Shown piece after piece: positions 8,025-18,456 of a stretch of DNA of 50,742 bases. Source of the DNA: a bacterium (lineage in GTDB: Bacteria > JAHJDO01); the NCBI GenBank assembly GCA_030611945.1, contig JAUWOV010000001.1, forward strand, positions 1 to 50,742. The letters run 5' to 3'. The notes under the pieces were generated by a model. That model was not told the origin of the DNA, did not search any database, and saw nothing but the letters and a program-made list of their open reading frames with translations. Each line of letters begins with the position of its first letter. Positions within the stretch are counted from its first letter, which is position 1. The translations under genes were made by a program, and so were the position numbers.

Positions 8025-9146
8025 TTACAAATAAAGTTCCTGTAGAAAATGAAGAGCCTTTCTAACGGTAATATTTCCTATTTGCCGTTCGCGTTTTAGG
8101 TGTTTCACCACCTGAACACCGGGAATATTGTATTTTGAAGAAAAATATGTCAATTGTTTGCTGATAGAAGAATCACTGACTTTGACTTCAATGAACTGTT
8201 CAGCAGTATTTTCTCTGATAATGCAAAAATCAACCTCCCGGCCGTCTTTGGTTCTGATATACCTTAGACTGTACGATTCGCCCAGATAGTCCTGTTTGGC
8301 GTATACAGCCTTAAGCAAACAGAGCCCTACCATGTTTTCAAACTGAACTCCTATATCTCCTTTTACCATTCCTGTATCAAAAAAATAAATCTTTGGTTCT
8401 TTGAGCAAAGATCTGCCAATATTTTTTGCAAAAGGAATGACTCGAAAAATAATATACAGCGCCTCAAAAATCTGAATATATTTTTTAACCGTATTAGGTG
8501 AAACACCGACATCCTGAGCAATAGAAGAATACGAAACCGGTGAGCCAACCCTTTGGCGCAGCAATTCTAAAACAAGCTGTATGGCCTTAAAATCGTGTAT
8601 TTTTTCAAAATCAAGTATATCAGTGCGAATAAGACCATCAACATACTGCATCCGCCATCGTTTGCTATCTGTGTCATGTTCAAAAAGAAATGGTTCAGGA
8701 AACGCGCCGCGCGTAATGAAACGGTCAAGATCCTGTGCATAGGAAGTCGACAAAAGTTCTCGTGGCGAAAATGGCAGCAACCGATGGATAAAAAATCTGC
8801 CGGAAAGTGAATCTCCTGATTGACGAAAAGTATCTAATCGGGCACTGCCTGTTACAATAATCTTAAGCCATTCTTTCTTGGTATCATAAACTCCTTTCAA
8901 ATAGTTTTTCCACTCAGGCATTTTATGAATTTCATCCAAAATCAGTAATTCAGTTGAATCAAGCCATGCCTCATCGTGGATTATTTTTCTATCTTCCAGA
9001 CGATCATAATTTAAATACGCGGTATTTTGAAATGATGCTGCAATCTCATTTGCCAGCCATGTCTTGCCAACTTGACGAGGGCCTACAATAAAAACCATTT
9101 TCTTTGTCAGATCATTTAAAATATTCTTTTTTTGCCAACGATCCAT
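8025..9146 (-). CDS. AAA+ ATPase with DUF4143-type C-terminal domain (AAA_14/DUF4143 family)
   Basis: Walker A is IVGPRQVGKTWL and Walker B-like is LLILDEIH. A winged-helix-like segment SYSSIAQDVGVSPNTVKKYIQIFE and a C-terminal restriction-endonuclease-like region GREVDFCI..EVK are present. The ORF track starts at 9194, but a start at M17 (9146, MDRWQKK...) fits the family N-terminus better. Confidence 0.75.
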   Translation of the reverse strand: MDRWQKKNILNDLTKKMVFIVGPRQVGKTWLANEIAASFQNTAYLNYDRLEDRKIIHDEAWLDSTELLILDEIHKMPEWKNYLKGVYDTKKEWLKIIVTGSARLDTFRQSGDSLSGRFFIHRLLPFSPRELLSTSYAQDLDRFITRGAFPEPFLFEHDTDSKRWRMQYVDGLIRTDILDFEKIHDFKAIQLVLELLRQRVGSPVSYSSIAQDVGVSPNTVKKYIQIFEALYIIFRVIPFAKNIGRSLLKEPKIYFFDTGMVKGDIGVQFENMVGLCLLKAVYAKQDYLGESYSLRYIRTKDGREVDFCIIRENTAEQFIEVKVSDSSISKQLTYFSSKYNIPGVQVVKHLKRERQIGNITVRKALHFLQELYL

Positions 9147-9308
9147 AGCGACTATTTTGCATTGTTTTTCGATAAAGTCAAGACTATTTTGCATTACCTA
9201 TGGCTACAGATCTATTTTGTTTTTGTTGTCCATAATGATATAATCTAACCTAAATTTTATTAGAATCTGAATAAGGCACAAAGAAAAAGATAAAGATATA
9301 GTCAAATT

Positions 9309-10451
9309 ATGAAAAACACAATAACGAAATCTGTAATTTTAGTGTTCTTACTCCTGAGCTTCTGCAGCTTAAACCCGGTCTATTCTGCTCCAAGAAAATA
9401 TAAATCAGCAATACTTATGGAAGCAGAGACAGGAAAAATACTCTTTGGAAGAAGTATGCACAGAAAATTGCCTCCTGCTTCAATGGTTAAGATGATGCTT
9501 GCGCTCATTGTTATGGAAAAAGTCAAACGCTGTGAGGTTAGTCTAAATGATAAAGTAAAGGCATCAAGACATGCAAGCATGATAGGCGGCTCACAAGTAT
9601 ATTTGAGGGAGGGAGAAGTTTTTACATTAAGAGATATGATGAAAGCCATTATGATAAAATCTGCGTGTGACGGGGCTGTTGCAGTTAGTGAGCATATAAG
9701 CGGCAGCACCAGGAAATTCCTTATATTAATGAATAAGAGAGCGTCTGAACTTAAAATGAATGATACTATATTCAAAACTACAAGCGGGCTTCCAAAAGTC
9801 CAGAATGGTCATAGCGGAGATATGTCCTCTGCCTATGACATGGCGATTCTGGCAAGAGAATTGGTTAAATATCCAACGGTACTTGAATGGACTAATACAA
9901 AAACAGACACATTCAGAAATGGCAAGTTTATTTTAACTAATACGAACAAGCTTCTTAAAACATTTCCTGAGCTTGACGGGCTGAAAACAGGTTATTACCG
10001 AAGAGCAGGCTGGAGTTTCACCGCTACTGCAAAAAAAGACAATATGAGGCTCATTTCTGTAGTTATGGGCTGCCCTACGAAGAAACTACGGTTTGATAAA
10101 ACAAGAGAAATCCTGGATATGGGGTTTAAAAATTATACGAAAGTGTGTCTGGTGAAAAAAGGAGATGTTGTTTTTGAAAATGTTCCAATTATAATGGGAG
10201 ACAGAAGATACATTAATGGCATTAGCAATAAAGACATAACATTAGTCATAAGAAAAATAGACAAAAAGAAGATTGTTAAGCAGAAAATCTTATTTGATAG
10301 AATACAAGCGCCTGTTGAAAAAGGCCGTAGAATTGGATGTATGCTGATAAAAATGGACAAAATGACAATGGCTGAAGCAAGTATAATTGCAAACGAGAAA
10401 GTTAATCAAATCAGCAGATTTAGATGGTTTTTAAGAGAATATGTTTATTAA
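9309..10451 (+). CDS. D-alanyl-D-alanine carboxypeptidase (peptidase S11, PBP5/6-like)
   Basis: It has a signal peptide, SxxK as ASMVKMM, KTG as GLKTGYY, and a C-terminal PBP5_C-like domain. The second motif reads SACDGA where SxN is expected. Confidence 0.8.
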   Translation: MKNTITKSVILVFLLLSFCSLNPVYSAPRKYKSAILMEAETGKILFGRSMHRKLPPASMVKMMLALIVMEKVKRCEVSLNDKVKASRHASMIGGSQVYLREGEVFTLRDMMKAIMIKSACDGAVAVSEHISGSTRKFLILMNKRASELKMNDTIFKTTSGLPKVQNGHSGDMSSAYDMAILARELVKYPTVLEWTNTKTDTFRNGKFILTNTNKLLKTFPELDGLKTGYYRRAGWSFTATAKKDNMRLISVVMGCPTKKLRFDKTREILDMGFKNYTKVCLVKKGDVVFENVPIIMGDRRYINGISNKDITLVIRKIDKKKIVKQKILFDRIQAPVEKGRRIGCMLIKMDKMTMAEASIIANEKVNQISRFRWFLREYVY

Positions 10452-10534
10452 TATCTTCTTGTATTTGTCTAAACCTTATAAAATTTTTCTGCATTGTCAT
10501 GAAAAAGTTTTTTTTGTTCTTCATATAACTAAAA

Positions 10535-11566
10535 TTATAGTTTTATAATTGCCTTAATTGAATCTCCTTTTCTTGCTTTTTTAAATGCTTCTTCCCATTT
10601 ATCAAGAGTATATAAGTCTTTAGTAAATGGATTTAGATTCATCTTTTTATTTGAAACCATAGATAAACATCTTTCCCAGCTTAAATAATCAGAACTATAA
10701 CTAAAGAATATATTTACAGCTTTTAATATTAAGTTCATCCACGGCGCGTTTATTTTATCAGAACATAATCCTAATGCGCAAAATCTTCCATTTTTCCGTA
10801 TAATATCAAATCCCTGCATTATTCCATTAGGTGAACCGGACAGTTCAATAACAACATCTACTCCAATATTATTTGTTGAATCCATAATAATCTTTACAGG
10901 ATCTTCCTTTCTAACATTTATTACTCTATCTGCGCAAAAACGTTTTGCGGCCTTAAACCTTATTTTTTCATCAGCATTAATCCCAGTCATAAATACTTTT
11001 GATGCACCATTTGCTTTTACCATTTGTAGCGCAAGAAGCGCAATAGGCCCGCATCCAATAATAGCAACAACATCATCCAGTTGAATTTTTGTTTTTTCAA
11101 AAATAGCATATGCAGCAATAGCCATTGGTTCTATTAAACATGCTTCCTTATAGCTAACATTATCAGGTATTTTATGAATAAGTAAGGCAGGCATTGTTAT
11201 ATATTCGGCAAATGCACCATTAACTCCATAACCGGGCGCTTTCTTTTTTGAGCATAAATGCCGATTCCCTGTCATGCAATATCTGCAAGCACTGCATGCT
11301 TTAGTATGCTGCTCGCTGACTACCCTATCTCCATATTCCCAATTTTTAACTTTGCTGCCTGCTTTATCAATCACACCTGAAAATTCATGCCCTATAATAA
11401 CCGGAGGATTGTATGGAAACTTATCATCCATAATTTTTATATCCGTACCGCACACACTGGTATACTTTATTTTAATTCTAACTTCAGATTCGTCAGGTTC
11501 CGGCACGGGGACATCTCTTATTTCTAAAAACCCTTTACCTTTTTTATACTTAACTAAAGCTTTCAT
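10535..11566 (-). CDS. zinc-dependent alcohol/polyol dehydrogenase (MDR family, sorbitol/threonine dehydrogenase-like)
   Basis: Motifs are CGTD, GHEFSGVI, a structural-zinc Cys cluster CSACRYCMTGNRHLC, and the Rossmann segment IIGCGPIAL. Confidence 0.85.
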   Translation of the reverse strand: MKALVKYKKGKGFLEIRDVPVPEPDESEVRIKIKYTSVCGTDIKIMDDKFPYNPPVIIGHEFSGVIDKAGSKVKNWEYGDRVVSEQHTKACSACRYCMTGNRHLCSKKKAPGYGVNGAFAEYITMPALLIHKIPDNVSYKEACLIEPMAIAAYAIFEKTKIQLDDVVAIIGCGPIALLALQMVKANGASKVFMTGINADEKIRFKAAKRFCADRVINVRKEDPVKIIMDSTNNIGVDVVIELSGSPNGIMQGFDIIRKNGRFCALGLCSDKINAPWMNLILKAVNIFFSYSSDYLSWERCLSMVSNKKMNLNPFTKDLYTLDKWEEAFKKARKGDSIKAIIKL

Positions 11567-11585
11567 AATTATTGTGTATAAATGT

Positions 11586-12596
11586 TTATTTATAATCCTC
11601 TATAATTTTATTTTTAATTTCTATAATTTCATTCTTATTGCCCATAAATGCCCATACTTCACTAATATCACTAATTTCGTTCCCTTTTTTCATAGATACT
11701 GCCGGACTATGATACTCCATTTCGCCAAAACCGCCGAGTTTACCGTCGTCTACATAAACCTGTTGAACATATCCTTTGTTATTTAAATCATCTACAGATA
11801 CATCATAATATTCTGATTCATCATATACAGAAAATTTTCTAACAATTATAAATGCTGGGTCATTATTCAAATTTTCATACAGCATAATGCCAAGGGAATT
11901 GTTTGCTTTTATTGAAAATTTAAAACTGGTTGATGTCTTTACTTCAGTTATAAGAGTGTTATTCCTTATATGATATTTTGATTTATTTATAAAATCTTTT
12001 GGTTTTACATTATGTCTGATAGGTATAATGATTTTTCCATTGCCCTGCACTTGTAGTATATTCCATATTGCCGGATTAACATTGTTTTTCCCATTGCCGG
12101 AATATTTTAATGATGATTTCATAATATATCCGGCATAACTACATTCATTAAATGGTTTAAAAGGAGGTTGACTGCAAAGTTCAATATTTTTTCGTATTGT
12201 AATATTAATATATTCCTTTATTCTATGAAACAACAGATTCATCTCTGTTTCAAAAACAACTTTATTTTTTTCTATTTTTAGTATTTTATATGCTGCAGGA
12301 TCCATTGATTTTTGTACATTATAAGTATCATTTGCTTTTTTACTATTATCGATATTAGTATCAACCTCAGGTGATATCCATGTGCGATCTCCTCCAATAT
12401 TTACCCAGCCTGGTTTTGTAAAAAACTCCTTTGAAGAATCTATAGACAAAATTCGGTTATTTACCCATAAAAGATTATTGATTTTATCAGGAGCAAGCCC
12501 TATAACACGCCCTCCAAAAGGTAGTATTAGTAATTTCTCATCCAGTAATACCATGCTTTGATTTATTTTTTTTAGTTTGTTAATTAATTCTTTCAT
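11586..12596 (-). CDS. hypothetical protein, possibly mutarotase-like beta-sandwich (DUF4380-like)
   Basis: This is a long ORF in an operon. The motif GGDRTWISPE resembles the conserved GGDxxWxAPE of DUF4380-type proteins. The family call is a by-eye guess. Confidence 0.5.
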   Translation of the reverse strand: MKELINKLKKINQSMVLLDEKLLILPFGGRVIGLAPDKINNLLWVNNRILSIDSSKEFFTKPGWVNIGGDRTWISPEVDTNIDNSKKANDTYNVQKSMDPAAYKILKIEKNKVVFETEMNLLFHRIKEYINITIRKNIELCSQPPFKPFNECSYAGYIMKSSLKYSGNGKNNVNPAIWNILQVQGNGKIIIPIRHNVKPKDFINKSKYHIRNNTLITEVKTSTSFKFSIKANNSLGIMLYENLNNDPAFIIVRKFSVYDESEYYDVSVDDLNNKGYVQQVYVDDGKLGGFGEMEYHSPAVSMKKGNEISDISEVWAFMGNKNEIIEIKNKIIEDYK

Positions 12597-12619
12597 TATA
12601 GCGTCTCTATTTACCTGAA

Positions 12620-13501
12620 TTATTTGCTAATAAACTCAAAACAGGGAAGCCCGCATATATTAGTCTTAAGACGAAACAGCCCTCCTGCATGAGGTTGATT
12701 TTTAATTTCATTCTCTTTTAATAAAAACGAAGCAGTAGTAATATATAACTCATTCAGGTTATCCCCTCCAAATGTACACGATGTTACATTTTGAACGGGA
12801 AGCTTTATGTATTCTAATAATTTCCTATTTAAAGGATCCCATCGTGATACACCCCAGCCTCCGAAAAGCGCAATCCAAAGCATTCCTTTTTCATCAATTG
12901 TCATTCCATCAGGATATCCCATTAATTCGGGTATTTTTATAACAGTTCTTTTATTTGCTATATCACCGCTTTTATTATCATAATCAAAAGATACTATCTC
13001 TCTTGTGGGAGTATCAATATAGTACATTTTTTTCTTATCAAGACTCCAGACTAAACCATTTGATACACTAACTCCGCTAAGCATTTTATGAAGTTTTAGA
13101 TCTTTACCAATTCTATATAAATTTGCATTTCCTGCTTTATTATCCATTGATAGAGAACCAACCCAAAAACGTCCGGATGGGTCACATTTACCGTCATTTG
13201 CTCTGTTTTCAGGAATATCTTCCTCAAAAGCAATTAATTTCTTCAATTCCTTTTTTTCAGTATTATATTCAGCTATACTATTTTCTAAGGCAAGTATTAG
13301 TTTCCCTTTTGATGCAGGGACGACTGTTCCTATACGTTCGCCAATATCATACGTTTTATTCTCTCTAGTTCCGGGATTATATATATGAAGTTCCCCTTTT
13401 TCTATATCTACCCAGTATAGAAATCTTTTTTTATAATCCCAGAATACTCCTTCTCCAAGATCCGCTTTGATATCTAATACCAATTCAATTTCTCTTTTCA
13501 T
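12620..13501 (-). CDS. SMP-30/gluconolactonase/LRE family lactonase
   Basis: Motifs LGEGVFWD, LYWVDI, NDGKCDPSGRFWVG, LYYIDT, PDGMTIDEKGMLW and LYITTA are typical six-bladed propeller lactonase signatures. Confidence 0.85.
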   Translation of the reverse strand: MKREIELVLDIKADLGEGVFWDYKKRFLYWVDIEKGELHIYNPGTRENKTYDIGERIGTVVPASKGKLILALENSIAEYNTEKKELKKLIAFEEDIPENRANDGKCDPSGRFWVGSLSMDNKAGNANLYRIGKDLKLHKMLSGVSVSNGLVWSLDKKKMYYIDTPTREIVSFDYDNKSGDIANKRTVIKIPELMGYPDGMTIDEKGMLWIALFGGWGVSRWDPLNRKLLEYIKLPVQNVTSCTFGGDNLNELYITTASFLLKENEIKNQPHAGGLFRLKTNICGLPCFEFISK

Positions 13502-13504
13502 ATT

Positions 13505-14320
13505 TTATTTTCTATCCCCGCCTTCAAGGTTGCTTGATTTATAAGGCTCGCGGCTTATTAACTGGCTTGTCATACCGCCGTCAGCAAGAATATTGGTGCC
13601 GGTAATATAGCTTGCATCATCGCTGCAAAGAAAAACCGCTGTTTTGGCAATTTCTTCAGGATGGCCTACTCTACCCATAGGTATATTAGATTTCCAGAAT
13701 TTCATGCATTCTTCAATATTGGGAGCGGCATTTTTAATATCATCCCATATTTGTGTGTCAATGAGTCCGGGAGAAAGAGCATTTACACGGATATTTCTGT
13801 CTGCATACTCCACTGCCATTGATTTTGTTAAACCAACAATTCCCCACTTACCTGCATCATAAGGTGCTGCTCCTGGAAGGCATGCCTTTGTATGCACTGT
13901 AGTTATATTTAAAATACATCCTTTTTTTGCGTTTATCATATGAGGAATACAGTAATAAGAGCATAGATATGTGCCTCGCAAATCAGTATTAATTACACGG
14001 TCCCAATCTTTCGGCTCTGTTTTTTCAAAAGGCTTTACAAAATTTACTCCTGCATTATTTACAAGAATATCAATGCGCCCATTTTTTTCTATTACTTGTT
14101 GAACCATTCTTTTTACATCATCTTCTTTTGATACATCACATTTTATAAAAACTGCTTTACCTCCCTCTGCGCAGATCCCATTAACAACAGACTCTCCGTT
14201 ATCTCTGCTCCTTGAGCTTGCATAAACCATAGCGCCTTTTTTTGCAAAAGTTTTTGCTATGCTTTTCCCAATCCCCCTTCCTGTACCAGTTATAACCGCA
14301 ATTTTATCTTTTAACATCAT
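13505..14320 (-). CDS. SDR family oxidoreductase
   Basis: Motifs are TGTGRGIGKSIA (TGxxxGIG), NNAG, and the YDAGK catalytic Tyr-Lys. An AGGAGG RBS lies 6 nt upstream of the ATG at 14320, so the ORF-track start at 14335 is probably too early. Confidence 0.85.
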   Translation of the reverse strand: MMLKDKIAVITGTGRGIGKSIAKTFAKKGAMVYASSRSRDNGESVVNGICAEGGKAVFIKCDVSKEDDVKRMVQQVIEKNGRIDILVNNAGVNFVKPFEKTEPKDWDRVINTDLRGTYLCSYYCIPHMINAKKGCILNITTVHTKACLPGAAPYDAGKWGIVGLTKSMAVEYADRNIRVNALSPGLIDTQIWDDIKNAAPNIEECMKFWKSNIPMGRVGHPEEIAKTAVFLCSDDASYITGTNILADGGMTSQLISREPYKSSNLEGGDRK

Positions 14321-14405
14321 AAAGCACCTCCTCATTTATAATTTGGTATTGTCAAAATATTATTAAAAATTAGATTGCCTCCCCCCCCTACCTCATATGT
14401 TCAGA

Positions 14406-16376
14406 TTATTTACCTGTTGAAATCCAGATCGGGCTTGACCATGCCATATGACCATCTGCCTGGGTAACCCGCATGTAATAATAAGTGTTTTTATTGAGCC
14501 GTTTTTTATCCACATACTCCAGAGTCACGGATTTTTCCCCCGGTTCTTCCGTATGAATATTCTGATTATTCCTGATGATCTCTACTTTTTCAAGTTTCTC
14601 CGTGCCTGATACTGATACTGATATTTTTATCGGCAATGCCGGATTGTCCACAGAGAATTCTTCTCCCATAAGATGTCCATTTAATTCAATATCTATAAGT
14701 ATTCTGGCACCTGTTGTGGCGTAACACCGCCGTTTTCTCAAGGCGTTGAATATTCCTTCTCTGCTCAATTCTTCAGTGATAACCGCTGTAAGGCCGCTTC
14801 GCTTGTATTTAAGAACAGGCGGAGGGTCTTCATTTGTCTTTAAATAACTGTTATGTTCGCTTAAGCGGGTGTCAATAGTTTCGTTCATCTCACTGCCCGG
14901 TCTTGAAATATGTGTATCTGAGCCGGCAGTAAATCCTAATTTGTATCCTCGCGCTAATGCATCCTGGACATAATTGCCTTTCTCTGTTTTATAAAGAGGG
15001 TAGGGGCATCCATAGTATTCCGAGCATCCATGTTTGGAATATATCTCCACCAACATTTCCATCTCTTCGTCATGATGATTCCAGTCAGTGCCCGGCACAG
15101 CCCATCCTATCGGATAACCTGGATGATGCGGAATCGTGATAGCGTTTTCTTTTTCCGATAATGTCTTCCAGAGTTTTTCCGGGGTATCCGCCTCTTTTCT
15201 GTAATGATGGTAAAGAGGTCTCCCATCGGAAGAATAATACACATTCTTATGTCCGAAATTTTTGTCGGGTGTAGAGCCAATGCCAGGCAGTGTCCATTCA
15301 TTCCCTAACAGCGTGACGAATTTTCCACACTCGTTATACCTGAACGTAGTATACGAGATAATGCTCCAGGCAGTCTCATTATTTTGCCAAAAACTGTCTA
15401 TCGGCAATTTGAACTTACCCAGTCCTCCGCATACGGCGTTTCTATTTGAAGAGACAAGATAAGAGGCATGGTCAGCTATAGCGCAAAAGTCCAGATTTTC
15501 CACATCCCGACCATACTGATAATAATAGTCCGGACTCTCCAGGCCATCAGAAAGAAAGGTGTGTCCGTGTATTTCTCCCCAATAGACATTGTGTTCTTTA
15601 TCATCTTCCCTGCATTGGACGGGATTGCTGGCAGCGACAAGATTATTCCCGGTATCTTTGGCTGTTATAGTGTGCAGTCCCGGAGAATTAAAAACAGCAT
15701 CAAATCTGTGTTTACCCTTATCATTTGGTATAAAAGCGTAATCTTCAGGTAATCGAACGTTTTTATCACTGCTCACAAAACTTACCCTGCCGGTATATCC
15801 AGACGCGGGATTCCCGAATCTGTCAAAAGCCCTTAAAACAAAGCTGAACGGTAATCTTGCTTTCGGGGTGGAATCCGCCACAAGGCTTAGCTGGACAGCC
15901 TTATCCGAAATCACATCCAGTCGGGAAATATCTTCCAGTCTCTCGTATTCATCATTGCCATACTGGTCTATCCAAACATTAAAAAGGACATTATGTGTAA
16001 AAGGCTTCATTGTATGCCCGGGGCATCTGCTCGTCCGATCTCCAAAGATGACAGTGACGGCATCGCCTTCTTTCAGGCAGCCATCTTCAATTTTTAGCTC
16101 AACACCCTTAAACATTATAGTGTCAACACAATTCAAAGAAACCGCGGCAACGCCTGAAATCTTAGCGCTAAGATATTCCGCTTTATCCGGATGGTCTGTT
16201 TGAGGGGGATACATGCATTCTCTCCCGTAAGCCATTATTCTTATTTTACCACCAGCATGAACCTCCTCTGACAGTGTTATTTTGATCTGCCAAGTTATTT
16301 GCCTGCCAACAATAGCGGGTTCCTTGCCCAAAATGGAAACCTTGCTGAATTTTATTTTTTTGCTTTCTAATGACAT
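14406..16376 (-). CDS. PHP-domain / DUF3604-like metallohydrolase, paralogue A (656 aa), substrate unknown
   Basis: Motifs YWGEIHGHTFLSDG, CAIADHA, PHHPG and GFTAGSDTH are PHP-type metal-ligand patterns. Beta-rich N- and C-terminal extensions flank them. No signal peptide. Confidence 0.7.
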   Translation of the reverse strand: MSLESKKIKFSKVSILGKEPAIVGRQITWQIKITLSEEVHAGGKIRIMAYGRECMYPPQTDHPDKAEYLSAKISGVAAVSLNCVDTIMFKGVELKIEDGCLKEGDAVTVIFGDRTSRCPGHTMKPFTHNVLFNVWIDQYGNDEYERLEDISRLDVISDKAVQLSLVADSTPKARLPFSFVLRAFDRFGNPASGYTGRVSFVSSDKNVRLPEDYAFIPNDKGKHRFDAVFNSPGLHTITAKDTGNNLVAASNPVQCREDDKEHNVYWGEIHGHTFLSDGLESPDYYYQYGRDVENLDFCAIADHASYLVSSNRNAVCGGLGKFKLPIDSFWQNNETAWSIISYTTFRYNECGKFVTLLGNEWTLPGIGSTPDKNFGHKNVYYSSDGRPLYHHYRKEADTPEKLWKTLSEKENAITIPHHPGYPIGWAVPGTDWNHHDEEMEMLVEIYSKHGCSEYYGCPYPLYKTEKGNYVQDALARGYKLGFTAGSDTHISRPGSEMNETIDTRLSEHNSYLKTNEDPPPVLKYKRSGLTAVITEELSREGIFNALRKRRCYATTGARILIDIELNGHLMGEEFSVDNPALPIKISVSVSGTEKLEKVEIIRNNQNIHTEEPGEKSVTLEYVDKKRLNKNTYYYMRVTQADGHMAWSSPIWISTGK

Positions 16377-16474
16377 TTTTATTTCTCCTGTTTCTATTTC
16401 ATCCTCTTTTTATAAAACACATTCAACACAATCTGTGACTGTCTTTGAATAATTTCTTTAAATTTTGCAAATCT

Positions 16475-18433
16475 TCACTGTACCCAGATAGGACTTGCCC
16501 AGGCCAGATGACCATCTTCCTGTGTTACCCTTATATAGTAAAAAAGAATTCGGCGTTGATTCACAGTATTTGACAGAGAAATATTCGCAATATTTTCACT
16601 ATCAATATATTCAACTTCCTCTATCTCACTTTTCCCTCTATAAGTGTGAATATCAATATTGTTTCTCACAATATCAATCTTTTTAATCTTTGCTGTTCCT
16701 GCCACTTTTACCTGAATCTTCCTCTTTTTATTATTTCCCCCTTCATTTGCTTTTGTTGTTTCACCCATCATGTGCCCGTTTAATTTAAACTCCAAAATTA
16801 TTCTCGCCCCTGTAGTTGCATAACAACGTCTGTTCATCATCGCGTCGAAAATTGCCTCTCTGGTCAGATTTTTAGCGAGAAACGCGGTGAGTCCGCTTCG
16901 GCGGCATCTAAGTATGTCCTGTGCGTCTGCGCCGGGACGTGACCAATGTGTATCCGAACCAGCTGTAAAGCCTAACTTGTATCCGCGGGCTAAAGCTTCC
17001 TGGACAAAACCGCCTGGCTTATATCCGCCAACCGGATTTGGGTTGCCACAATACTCACTCGCACCCCATAATGAGTATATTTCCACCAACCTTTCTATAT
17101 CCTCGTCATGATGTGTCCAATCAGCTCCAGAGACAATTCTCTTAAGATAGCATGGCGGTTCCGGATTTACAGGTAAAGAGGTATGATGCGAAATTGTTAC
17201 GGCTTGTTTGTTTTTTAATAAGTTCCAGAGCCTTTCAGGAGTATTGCTTTCCCGGTTAATATGAGAGTACATAGGCTCGTCATCAGATAGATAATAAACA
17301 TTTTTATGGCCAAAAGCCATGCCTTCCGGAGTATAACCATGCCCTGATGTCCATTCATATCCCAGTAAAGTTGTAAATTTCCCCGGTTTATTAAATCTGT
17401 CTGTTTCATATTTAATTATTGCCCAGGCATCTGTTGGATTTGACCAGAACGGTGTTACTTGAGGCTCATCAATATTCTGTGTTGTTTCTGTTTCAATTCT
17501 TCCCTCGATTAATCTGCCGCCGGACATGTGTGTATCATGATCAGTAATGGCACAAACATCCAATCTTGATACATCACGACCGTAGCGATAGTAAGAATCA
17601 GGTGTTTTTAAACCGTCGCTCATTAATGTCTGCCCGTGTATTTCTCCCCAGTAAATCTTGTAATGAAGTTCCTGTTTCGCAATCTCAATTATGTTGGATT
17701 TTCCTGATAGATTGGTTTTTTTATCAACAACTTCGATTTGTTCTAACCCCGGAGTATTCGCTTTTGCTTCAAATAGATGAAGTCCTTTATCTTTATTAGT
17801 AAAAGTGTATTTTTCTGGCAAAATCATGCCGACATTGCCGAAAAACTCCACAACCCCTCTGTAGGAAACAGATACATTACCGTACTCGTCTACAGCTTTG
17901 ATATGAAGGCAGAATGGTTTGTCAACCACACCCTGTGAAGGAACCAAGGCAATCAGTTTAACAGGTTTATCAGATATATATTCCAACTGTGGCGGATTTG
18001 CTAATTTAACATAGTTCCGTGAACCATCAATGTCTACCCGGAAAATTACTCTGTGTTTGTGAGAAACCTGTTTTACATAAAACTTTTCCGCATTTGCCCC
18101 AAACATGACAGTGATAGTATCTCCTTCCAAAAGAGCCGCCTCTGACACAACAACCGAAAGGCTGCAAACACACATAGGATTTCTAACTCTACCAACTGGA
18201 ATATTTACACAGGCTTTTTTTGATGATGTCTCTGCCTCGACATATCCTTCTTTGTCTGGATCAGTAGTCTGAATAGGGCCAAAAGCGCCTCTATGGAGAA
18301 CCGCAAGTTTTATCCCGCCTCCTGTTCCAATTCCTGATTTTCCAACCTTGTACACAAGACAAAATGCCGCCTTAGTCCCAACAACCAATTTTTCAGGAAG
18401 AAACACAGCACTCCCGAATTTATTCATATTCAT
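16475..18433 (-). CDS. PHP-domain / DUF3604-like metallohydrolase, paralogue B (652 aa), with HxH changed to HGQ
   Basis: It is collinear with paralogue A: YWGEIHGQTLMSDG, CAITDHD, SHHTS, GFTAGSDTH, and the C-terminal RVTQEDGHLAWASPIW. No signal peptide. Confidence 0.7.
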   Translation of the reverse strand: MNMNKFGSAVFLPEKLVVGTKAAFCLVYKVGKSGIGTGGGIKLAVLHRGAFGPIQTTDPDKEGYVEAETSSKKACVNIPVGRVRNPMCVCSLSVVVSEAALLEGDTITVMFGANAEKFYVKQVSHKHRVIFRVDIDGSRNYVKLANPPQLEYISDKPVKLIALVPSQGVVDKPFCLHIKAVDEYGNVSVSYRGVVEFFGNVGMILPEKYTFTNKDKGLHLFEAKANTPGLEQIEVVDKKTNLSGKSNIIEIAKQELHYKIYWGEIHGQTLMSDGLKTPDSYYRYGRDVSRLDVCAITDHDTHMSGGRLIEGRIETETTQNIDEPQVTPFWSNPTDAWAIIKYETDRFNKPGKFTTLLGYEWTSGHGYTPEGMAFGHKNVYYLSDDEPMYSHINRESNTPERLWNLLKNKQAVTISHHTSLPVNPEPPCYLKRIVSGADWTHHDEDIERLVEIYSLWGASEYCGNPNPVGGYKPGGFVQEALARGYKLGFTAGSDTHWSRPGADAQDILRCRRSGLTAFLAKNLTREAIFDAMMNRRCYATTGARIILEFKLNGHMMGETTKANEGGNNKKRKIQVKVAGTAKIKKIDIVRNNIDIHTYRGKSEIEEVEYIDSENIANISLSNTVNQRRILFYYIRVTQEDGHLAWASPIWVQ

Positions 18434-18456
18434 AGTAAGATTCTCCTTATGTTTTT

